Part shown: positions 29,268-38,592 of the stretch, piece after piece
How positions within the stretch are numbered: the first letter of the stretch is position 1
Layout of the letters: each line of letters opens with the position of its first letter
Assembly (NCBI RefSeq): GCF_000142905.1
Contig: NW_013657667.1
Coordinates: forward strand, 254,801-318,800
Origin: Thecamonas trahens ATCC 50062
Taxonomy: Eukaryota > Protista > Apusomonadida
DNA: 64,000 bases
Direction of reading: 5' to 3'
The notes under the pieces: model-generated
Databases searched by the model: none
What the model was told of the DNA's origin: nothing
What the model saw: the letters and a program-made list of their open reading frames with translations, nothing else
Made by a program: the position numbers and the translations under genes

Positions 29268-29561
29268 GGCTGACGTGTTTGGCTTGGCGTCAGGTGCTTT
29301 TGGGAGACAAAGGTTGTCGAGGCTGAAAACGTGACCGGCTCCTTTTTCTACGTTGACTGGAGTGCGGAGCTTGGTGCGGCGCGGTGTGACCCGGCAGAGC
29401 GGCGATGGAAGCGCAAGGCCACGGGAACGGTACGGGAGGGGGCTATGAGGCACGGGCTTGGATGCTTTGTTGTGTTGCATGAACGCGCAAAAAGGGTGGC
29501 TCCTTTGTTGTTGTTCTGTTGTTCTGTTGTTCTGTTGTTCTGACGAGCGAGACCAGACGGC

Positions 29562-31535
29562 TCATGCCCAGTACTTGTAGCACTCCGTGACGGGCATGTA
29601 CTGGTAGTCAAAGCATGAGGTCGAGTGGGCGGTGATGTTGTTGCAGAGGCCAAGCGAGTTGACGAGCGGGGCTCGCTTAGAGCCGAGCCCATTAAAGTGA
29701 ACCGTCATGCACCATGAGAGATCCATGCGTGGATCCCCAGTGAGGGCCGACCAGCAGTTGAGATTGAGTGAGTTCTCGAGCATGTTGTGGAGCTTGAGCT
29801 TGGACTTGGGTCCACGCTTGCCATAAGGGCCTGCGAGGCGGTCGAGGTTGTCGAAGAAGCAGCTTGAATAGGCGTTGACTATGGGTGAGCCGACGGCGAA
29901 CTTGGAAAAGTCGGTGCTCATGCCGTACGGCTTGTCGAGCTCACAAAGCGACATACACTCGCCGTCATAGCCCTTCTCGCCACGGGCTTCGGCCTCCTCA
30001 CCAAACACCTCCAGGATGGTCTCGGTCAGCGCTGAGTTGTCGTCCCACACCAGGAAGCGCCAACGCTTGGCGAACATGCGAGCGATAAAAGCGCGGGCCC
30101 ACGGGGTGTTGCGGAAGACCATACCGCCAAATCCGTACGACATGGACCGCTGCTGCGGCCAATGCGGCTCGTCCATGATGATGATGTCCTTGTCCGGAGC
30201 GAGGTCGAGAAAATCGGCAATGTCGACGTCGGTCCGCTGCAGGTACTGGTCACCGCCGGTCATCCACACAAAATCGAGGTTGTCCCGCTCGAAAAACTTG
30301 AACATGTTGGAGAGGGTTGACCACTGCGGACCAAGATTGTACCACCCAAGGTCTCCCTTGGCCGACCCGGTGCTGAGCTCATCAACCTCGTCGGTCTTAG
30401 CCTTGAACTTGGGCTCGATCAGCAAGTTGCCGAGGGCAACAACTCGGTTGGCCCGCTGTATCATGAGGCTCTTCAGCTGCTCAAGGTTGTCCTCGATGAG
30501 ACTGCGGACGTGGGCGAGGACGTAGGCCTGCTCGCCCTTGGCGTCGGCAAGTTTGCTGTCGATGGCGGAGAAGACCACTTCCATGGCCGACTTGATGTTC
30601 TGCTGGACGCGGGTGGCAATGTGCCTGTACGAATGGAGTTCCTTGATTACCGATGGGCCCTCGTCAAGGATGACCTTTGCCATTGCCTCTACTGAGCGGG
30701 TGTTCGCCGGGCCCGTGCCCGCCCTCATCACCGACACCACAAAATTGCTGAGCAGCGAGGGCAGCGGGTCGTGCTTGGAAATCTGGTCGCGCACCTCTTG
30801 CAAGTGCACGTGCACCTTTTTCATCATCGGCGCATTGCCCTGGATGTGCTTGGTACCGGTCTCGTCAATGAGGCCGAGGAGAAGGAGCACGTTCGACGAC
30901 GCGAAGAACGTGTCGTCGTACGAATACAGCACCTCATCCGGAATAAAGTCAAAGGCAGAGTACGGCGACTCGGAGACCGGGAGGCCAAACAGGCTTAGGA
31001 TGTTGTTGCGGAGTCCAAGAACCGAAATCTCGTACTCGAGCACGTCCGCTGGCGTCGTATCCCACAACGACTCGTACCCGTAGTTGGCCGCGTAGCACTC
31101 TTTGATAAAGGCCCACTGCCGAAACGTGTCCAGCGACTTGGTATCCGACCATGTGTACAGTAGGCCATTGTACTTAGACCGCTTGGACGATCTGCCAAGC
31201 ACAGACGTGACCGACTCGACAAAACTGTCTGAGTCGGAGAGCTGGCGCGACCGCGACACCATGTCCAGCTTGTCGCCGGGCTGCATCACCCGCCGCTCAC
31301 TGGCCTGCTCGTCAGCGGACCTTCGCGAGCTTCTTCCGGGCAGCAGTAGCGCAATGAGGACCAGAATAGTTGCCGCGATCAGCGCCCGCTTGGCACGAGT
31401 GTTGGCTGTAGCCACCGCCCGCCTGTTCTTCCCATTTTCATCCACCACAGACTCGCCCGCCATCCTGCGGGTCACGAACCACCCTAGGCTCGCCATGAGC
31501 GGCACCAGTGTGAAGCCCAAGAATGTCGTGTGCAT
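29562..31535 (-). CDS. Glycosyltransferase-like membrane protein (GT34-like), paralogue of 6604-7823 with a large internal insertion
   Basis: Shared blocks KECYAANYGYE, GWY, DFVWMTGGD, IIMDE, TILEVFGEEAEARGEKGY, CFFDNLDRLAGPY and LNCW. Two N-terminal hydrophobic segments. Confidence 0.72.
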   Translation of the reverse strand: MHTTFLGFTLVPLMASLGWFVTRRMAGESVVDENGKNRRAVATANTRAKRALIAATILVLIALLLPGRSSRRSADEQASERRVMQPGDKLDMVSRSRQLSDSDSFVESVTSVLGRSSKRSKYNGLLYTWSDTKSLDTFRQWAFIKECYAANYGYESLWDTTPADVLEYEISVLGLRNNILSLFGLPVSESPYSAFDFIPDEVLYSYDDTFFASSNVLLLLGLIDETGTKHIQGNAPMMKKVHVHLQEVRDQISKHDPLPSLLSNFVVSVMRAGTGPANTRSVEAMAKVILDEGPSVIKELHSYRHIATRVQQNIKSAMEVVFSAIDSKLADAKGEQAYVLAHVRSLIEDNLEQLKSLMIQRANRVVALGNLLIEPKFKAKTDEVDELSTGSAKGDLGWYNLGPQWSTLSNMFKFFERDNLDFVWMTGGDQYLQRTDVDIADFLDLAPDKDIIIMDEPHWPQQRSMSYGFGGMVFRNTPWARAFIARMFAKRWRFLVWDDNSALTETILEVFGEEAEARGEKGYDGECMSLCELDKPYGMSTDFSKFAVGSPIVNAYSSCFFDNLDRLAGPYGKRGPKSKLKLHNMLENSLNLNCWSALTGDPRMDLSWCMTVHFNGLGSKRAPLVNSLGLCNNITAHSTSCFDYQYMPVTECYKYWA

Positions 31536-32095
31536 TTTCCGTCTCCACTTGTAACAACCTGCTTTGCAGAAGACGGGTGCTTCCTGCTCTTCGCCTTGCC
31601 CCCCTCCCTCCCCGCTGCCACCCAAGCGCCGTTTCGCTGTCACCGCCAACCTCATTCGTTTCTTGTTCCGTTTCTCGCCTCACCACTCCCGCAAACTTGT
31701 GCCATGCGGCGCAACGCGCTGGGTTTTTGCGTCGGGCACTGGTGTTGTTGTTGCCACCAACGCCACCCGAGCACAGGCGTCGGCCAACCCAATTCGGCCA
31801 AATCCTGCCTGGCCAGACTACCACAGCTGCTTGGAGCGGCGGCAGCGGCTTGAGGCGAGTCTTTCTCACGCCATCCTTTTTCCTCAACGATGCATGTGCC
31901 ACCAAGCAGTGTTGGCCTCTTGCGGTCACAAAGTGTTAGCCATCGGCAGGCTCCAGCCCCCCCACAGAATGGCCTGGCTGGCTGGCACGCCGCTCGTCGT
32001 CCCACGCTCACGCTCACGCTCACACCCACCTTGCTCGCGCCTACAATTTGTCGTTCCCCACCGCCTCTCTCTCCTTCTCCATTGCCCGGTGCAGC

Positions 32096-35000
32096 ATGGC
32101 GTTGGTCTATGTCCATGGTATGGCGCGGTGGCATAGGGTTTGGGGCGACCGGTGTGCGGGAGGGGGGGGGGGGGGGGAGGGAGGGGGGGGGGGGTGGGAG
32201 GTGGTGGCGAAGAAACAGGCAGCTGCGCACAGAACGCGGACGGGAGGCCAGGGGGCACAGGGTGGAGGGTGGTGACTCACAGCAAGGGCGACGGCATGCA
32301 CGGCAGTGGGAGAGGCGACACAGGTGGTGGCCGAGACCGCGGTGGCGTTACTGGCCAACGTGAGGGTGGGTCCGCTGCTGCAGCGGACGCGAGCGCGGCC
32401 TGTAGAGGCCAATGTAACCTTTGGAGAGGCCTTTGTCTTTGCACTCGAGCGTGGGCCGATGCTCAACTCTGCAGACGTGAGCGTCGAGGTTCTGGGGCTG
32501 ACCTCTGCACCGCTCTCTGCGCGGGCTTCGCTTGCGCTCAAGAGCTCGTCGCCGCTGGCGGCGGTGGCATCTTCGGAAGGGCGGTCGGCGTCGTTTTCGC
32601 TCGACTCGGGCGGATCGCGGCGGCTGACTGGGAGCTTGGGCGGGCCTGGACCAGGCGCGATGGTGGCGGTGCTGGGGGAGATTGCCATTCCGCTGCCGCG
32701 GATGGGCAAGCTGATGCGGTCGTCGGTCTGGCTCGGCTCTGTTGGCGGCGGCATGGTGTCGATTGCAGTCAAGGTCATTGCGGTGGAGCGCGGGCCGTCG
32801 CGGGAGCTCGCTGGATGGAACCCGCCTGACACGCGACACACATCGGGGACGCAGCACATTCCGCTGCTGGACGAGGGCAGGAGTGGGCAGGCCGAGCCTG
32901 AGTACTACGACCCGAGGGGGGCGCCTTTGGTGACCGGAACCGTCACCTGGGCCCGCGACGTGCCAACCAAGCGGGTGTACACCAAATCGGACTTGTTCAC
33001 GGCGTACGTGGAGAATCCGGCGTCTGAGTCGCGGTGGTACGCACGGTTCTTTGCCGGCAACGTCCACGACAACTTTGTGGCCAAGTCAGAGGCCTTCCGT
33101 GGCTCGGTTGTCATTGTCTCGACGATGTTGACGACGATTCCAGGCCTCGGTAACCAGTACTGGGTCATTGTGTGGAGCAAGGACGCGATTGTGCGGCGGA
33201 TTGTGTCTGTGGCGTCCAACACTTCGCTGCGGTTCCCGGAGCTGCTGCAGCGTGTGGCGCCAGCGATCTACGCACGCGGCTACAAGCTCTTTTCCAAGGT
33301 GGTGTACCCGGCGCCAGGCCTCGAGGCTGCGCTGGTGTCTGTGGAGAACGGCGACGAACCGCAACTGACGATGAAGATTGGCGTGCTGTTTGCCAAGCAC
33401 GGGCAGACCGACGAGAACGAGATGTTCTCGAACCGCAACGGGTCGGAGGCTTTTGAGGAGTTTCTCGACCTGCTCGGCGAGCGCGTGACGCTGCAGGGCT
33501 TCAAGGGATACGCCGCGCAGCTGGACACCCGCAACAACGGTTCGGGCCTCACCTCGGTCGCCACCTCGTTTGGCGACCACCAGATTATGTTCCACGTCTC
33601 GACGCTGCTGCAGTATGATCCGACGGACGAGCAGCGGATTCAGCGGAAGCGATTCATCGGCAACGACATTGTGGTCATTGTGTTTATGGACGGAACGACG
33701 CCGTACGACGTGCAGACCATGAAGTCGCAGTACACCAACGTGCTTGTGGTGGTCCAGCCCTCGCCGACCGACGCCAACGCGTACCTGGTGACCACAGCCA
33801 ACGGACCGGGCATCCCACCGTTTGGGCCCGAGGCTGCTGTTGAGTACCCGCGCGACTCGGACTTTGTTGACTGGCTCCTCTCTAAGTGCATTAACGGGCA
33901 GACGGCGACGTGCGCCGGTGCCGAGTTCCAGATCCGTGAGAAGCGGACTCGCGCCGTGCTCCTCGACAACATCTATAACGAGCTTCCGCCGTCGGCCTTT
34001 GAGCGCAAGAAGAAGCGCATGTACGAGTTTGCGTCGACCGGCCGCCAGTTCCTGCAGGCGCTCCCGGTTGCTGATCCTCAGATCTTCCAGCTCTTTCCCA
34101 TGCTCGACGCTTTCCCACACCGCATCTCATGCTTTGACTCGATCGATGAGATCCTGTTCTTTGGCACGCCTGCCGGCGTGTACAAGACTGCTGGCAACAC
34201 GTCCGAGTGCCACAAGGTGACCGATCTGGCTGAGGTAGGCCAGATTGCACTTCTGCCGGAGCTCAACATGCTTCTCATCCTCACTTCGCCGCCGTCGGCG
34301 CGGCTGTATGCGTTCTCGCTCCGCGAGCTCCTCGCCGATGGCCCGGCTGGCCAGCCGCAGGTTGCACTTGTTCCGGTCAAGTCGCCGCTCTCGTTTGAGG
34401 TCGGCGTGGTGGCGCGGCAGCGGGTGGTGGCGGTGGCGGTGCCTGATGGCGCGGTCCAAGTCTTCGGCATGTCGGCCACGCGCGAGTTTTCGCCGCTTGT
34501 CACGCTCCGGACCGAGGGCACGCTCATCAACGCCATGGCCTTTACGCCCACCGGCCTTGCTGTCGGCTACGAGTGTGTCGAGTCGCCGGCAGCGTTTACC
34601 TTTTCCATTTCACTTCAGAGGCGCTGCCGGACTCTGCGCAGGCCGGAGCGGTGGAGCAGCTCTACTTGCCGTACCCGATGTACACGGCGTCTGCGCTTGA
34701 CGCGGTGCCGATGGACGCTTTCTACTTGCCTGGCACCGGCGTCTTTCTCTGCTTCCAGTCTTTTGGTGTTCTTGTAGATGCGCTCGGCGCTGTGATCCTC
34801 CGCATCGACTGGGAGATCGAGCCGATCTCGTTTGCCTGCTTTGGCACGTTCCTCATTGTCTTTTCCGTGGGTATCACCCAGGTCCGCTCGCTCATCAACG
34901 GCTCGCTTGTCGAGTCACATCTGCTCATGGCGACGTCGCCGTTTGTTTGCGCCGGCGACACGATTTTCGCGTCGGTCAAGGGCTACGACTCGTGGTCGGT

Positions 35001-35955
35001 CACCATGTTCACGCCTGTCCACAAGTATCCAGAGTTGCTGACGTCAGATCCGGCGCTGAGGCCCGGTGCGAGCGCGGCCGAGTCTGCGGCGCAGGCGGCC
35101 GACGCAGCTTCCAAGGCCGCAGCATCGGCCGAGGCCGCGGCCGCGGCTGACAGCGCCTCGTCGCCCGCGGGCATTGACGAGGAGTACTCGAAGCTCCGGC
35201 GCGGGCGCGAGACAACACGCATGCATCGGCGCTCGATTGTGGGCTTGCAGCAGATCTCACCAACGGCCGTGCTTGCCGACGATGACGATGCAGTCGTTCA
35301 CACCTCGTCGTTGGAGGCGATGTGGGAGGCGTCGGCTCGGGAGCAGGCGTCGCAGGTTGACGCCGCAGCTGCTGCGGCAACAGCGTCTCTCGAGGTTGAG
35401 GCGTCGCGGCGAAAGGAGGCGCGCAAGTCGCTAGCGCAAGTCGCGCTGTCGGACTTTAACTTTGACGACGCGAGCGGTGGCGAGAGCGGAGGCGCGGGGG
35501 ATGCGGGCGGCGGGAGCAGGGCCGACGCGAGCGGGAGCGCCAGCAGATCTTCGGGCGCACTGGCAACAGTCGGCGGCATGGCGTTTGGAGCCAACGTCGA
35601 CGCCGACGCCCTCACCGGCCTCGAGCGGCACCTCTTCCGCTTTGGCGTGTGCATGAACGAGCTTGTGGAGTGCATCGCGACCAAGAACAAGTCGATCATC
35701 ATCCAGGGCATGTCGCAGGTGGTCAACCAGGTCAAGATCATCACCCGTCTAGTGGACGCGTCAGTCCCGCCGCCGCCCGCGGCCATGACAGCAGCGGCGT
35801 CGTCGATTCAGCAGGCCGCCGCTGTGGCGCTCCGCGCTGGCAAGCGGGTGATGATGACGTCGTCAGCCGAGGACTGGACCGCGTTTGCGCGCGAGAACCT
35901 CGCGCTCACCGTCACAACCCACAAGCTGTTCCGGCTGCTTCACAAGGCCGAGTAA
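32096..35955 (+). CDS. C2 + Rap/Ran-GAP + CNH domain protein (GARNL3-like); intron 32118-32306; apparent frameshift ~34573-34600
   Basis: Exon 1 MALVYVH plus GTATGG..CAG intron gives a C2-like start. RapGAP motifs KIGVLFAKHGQTDENEMFSN, IMFHVSTLL and RKRFIGNDIVVIVF. The CNH-like propeller continues in ORF 34573 (GVLVDALG...IDWEIEPISF...QVRSLINGSLV). C-terminal helical bundle. Confidence 0.87.
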
Positions 35956-36029
35956 AGGCATATGACCGCCAAGCAGGAAGTAAACGGGCTGCGAAAAGTG
36001 GAGCGGAGAGGAGCGATGCAACGGTGCCT

Positions 36030-37177
36030 TTACTTCTTCTTCTTGGGTCGCTTGCGCTTCTTCTTGGTGTGGGCGGCGAGGATCTTCTTGCGAACGCGGT
36101 GGCCACGCCAGAGCTTCTGCAGGCGAGCGGCGGCGGTACCGAGGCGGACGCCAAAGAGCATGGCAGCCTCGCGCTGCTTGGCGAGCCGGTGGTCCTCCTC
36201 GACGACGGCGCGCATGTTCTCGTACTCGCGGGTGAGATTCTCGATCTCTGCCACGGTCTGCGACTGCTGGATCTTGAGCGACTCAACCTCCTTGCGCTTG
36301 GCCTCGATGTCTTCAAAGTACTTGTCGTTCCAGGCTGTGATCTCCTCCTGGAGCCTGTGCTCCTGACGCTCGAGGAAGCCCATGGTCTTGTTGTGGACGT
36401 TTGTCTCGATGGCAATCTTCTTGTCAAGAGTGTCGATGTCGGCAACGAGCTCGCGCTCGCGCTCCTCCCACTGCCTGCGGCGCGAGTACTTGACAGCCGA
36501 GTACTTTTGCGCGAAAAGTTGTAGTTGGAGAGCGCCTGCTTCTTGGCCTTTTGCAGGGCGGTCTTCTTGCGTGCGATGATGATGTTGAGCTCCTTGATCA
36601 TCTTGTCCTTGTCGGCCTCCACGGCGGCAAGCTGTGCAGAGAGGCGCTTGACTTCGGCGGTTGCCTCGCGCTCGCGTTCGATGGTCCGGCGCAGGCCCTC
36701 CTCCTTGGCCTTGTCCTCACGGACGGTGGTGAGGAGGGTCCGGAAGTGGAGCTCGTTGAGCTCGAGTTGGGTATCCTTCAGCAGGTGGATGAGAGAGCGG
36801 CGCTCCGACTGGATCTTGAGCAGGTTGTCGGCCACGTTGGGGTTCTCTTTGAGGTTGCGGCAGAGTAGCTGGGTCGATTGCCGAAGCTGGTACGCGATCT
36901 GCGTCAGCTCGGCCTCGACGTCTTTGTACTTTGACTTGTTGGCCAGCGCCTTGTACGACGCCCGCTGGGCGAGTAGCTCCTCATATCGAGCCTCCAGTCG
37001 CTTCTGCTCCGCAATGATCTGCGAAGTCTCGTCGCCTGTCGCCTGCGCCAACTCCTCCCGCTGCTCCAGGATGTCGCGGGTGATGTCGCCCAACAGCGAG
37101 AGCGAGCCCACGCAGTCGTCGAGCAGCGCCGACAGCTGCACCACCTCGAGCGGTGCCAGCCTATCCTTGTGCTCCAT
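36030..37177 (-). CDS. IQCG: Dynein regulatory complex subunit 9 (IQCG), with an apparent frameshift at ~36505-36517
   Basis: Coiled coil; LKENPNVADNLLKIQSER; HNKTMGFLERQEHRLQEEITAWNDKY; IQ motif AARLQKLWRGHRVR; Lys-rich tail. Confidence 0.8.
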
Positions 37178-37514
37178 GGGGAACGAGCGCAGGTATGGGG
37201 GTCGGGTTTGGGGTGTGTGTGGGTGGGTAGGTGGAAGGGGCGTGAGTGAGGTGTCGTATTCTTGGGGAGAGGGTAGACGGAGACCGGGTCGGTGGTGGCG
37301 GGAGGGAGGAAGGAGTTGGCCAACCGCCACCCGCTGCTGCTCGTTCCGGTTGTGTATCGTTTTCGGTTTCGGCACTTCGGCGAGTGAAACCCGTGGCAGC
37401 CTGGCGGTGGCGGGCAGAGCGGCAAGTCTGGTTTGACGCGGCGGCGTTGCGGTTGCGGCGGAGACGAGGCGGCCTCTTGTCACGCCACTTGCACTCTGCT
37501 GGTTCTGTCTTTCG

Positions 37515-38585
37515 ATGACGGTGCGGATAGCGGCTGGCGTGTTTGCTGAGCGGATGGCAGGTCTGCTGGCCGCGGTGAGGCGGGAGGGTGGGCGGCTGCG
37601 GGTGGCGGTGGCGGTGTCTGGCGGGGCTGACTCGCTGGCGGCGGCGGCGCTGGTGGACGAGTGGATTGCGGCCGGGGCGGCAGCCGAGGCGAGCGTGGTG
37701 ACTGTAGACCATCGCTTGAGAGCTGAGGCAGCTGAGGAGGCTGCGTGGGTGGCATCACTGCCTGGATCGCCGCTGCTCCCGGCGATGGCGCCGGGCGCAG
37801 GCACTGTGCTCCGCGTTGACGAGCCGCCCTCATCGCAGGAGCACGGCCGGATGCTGCGTTATGCAGCTATGGCGCGGTACGCTGCAAGAAGCGGCATCGA
37901 TGTCATCATCACCGGTCACTCGGCGGACGATGTGGCCGAGTCGACTCTGCTTCGGGCCGGGCAGGCCTCGGGCGTCGACGGCCTGGCGGCCATGGCGGCT
38001 ATGGCCGTTCTGCGACCGCCGCCGACTTTGCTGGCGGAGCGCAACGTGCGTACAAGCGAACATCTCTCAGCTGACGGCCCGCCGTGGCTTTCCCGACCAC
38101 TCACCCGGCACACCCGGGCGCAGCTCGAGGCAACATGCGAGGCCTTTGGCCTCGCGCCCGGCGGATGGGTTGCGGATCCGTCGAACGAGATGACCAAGTA
38201 TGCGCGGACTCGGGCGCGGCTTGCGCTGCGGTTGCCCGCCGCCGCTGTTGTCGATGCTTCCGGAAGTCTTGCTCAGACTGCTCTTGTCCTACGCGACATG
38301 CGCGATGCCGCCGAGGCGCAGCTCGCGAGTTGGCGGGCGGCCCATGTGGCGGTGCGGCTTGACGGGAGCCTGTGTGTGGCAGACGAGGCGCTGGATGCGC
38401 TTCCGCAGGTCTTGCGGCTCCGAGCTGTCTCGATGCTCATCACAGCGGTGGCGCAGCGAACATACCCTCCGCGGCGGCGTGGCGTCGAGGCGGTGCTTGC
38501 CCTCGTGCCTGGCGCGTCGCAGACGGTGGCCGGCGTGCTTGCAGTGAGGAGGAGCGGGCGGCTGGAGTTTAAAGCGCAGCCGTGA
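37515..38585 (+). CDS. tilS: tRNA(Ile)-lysidine synthetase (PP-loop ATPase), probably organellar
   Basis: Motifs VAVSGGADSLA, TVDHRLR, RMLRY, TGHSADDVAES, RPL, WVADPSN and YARTRAR. Confidence 0.85.
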   Translation: MTVRIAAGVFAERMAGLLAAVRREGGRLRVAVAVSGGADSLAAAALVDEWIAAGAAAEASVVTVDHRLRAEAAEEAAWVASLPGSPLLPAMAPGAGTVLRVDEPPSSQEHGRMLRYAAMARYAARSGIDVIITGHSADDVAESTLLRAGQASGVDGLAAMAAMAVLRPPPTLLAERNVRTSEHLSADGPPWLSRPLTRHTRAQLEATCEAFGLAPGGWVADPSNEMTKYARTRARLALRLPAAAVVDASGSLAQTALVLRDMRDAAEAQLASWRAAHVAVRLDGSLCVADEALDALPQVLRLRAVSMLITAVAQRTYPPRRRGVEAVLALVPGASQTVAGVLAVRRSGRLEFKAQP

Positions 38586-38592
38586 GCCAACA

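Noticed and set aside
37515-38585. Bacterial contamination or recent HGT of tilS
   Set aside because: Composition matches the neighbours, and the gene is tightly interdigitated with eukaryote-specific genes (7 nt from the CK2-like stop).
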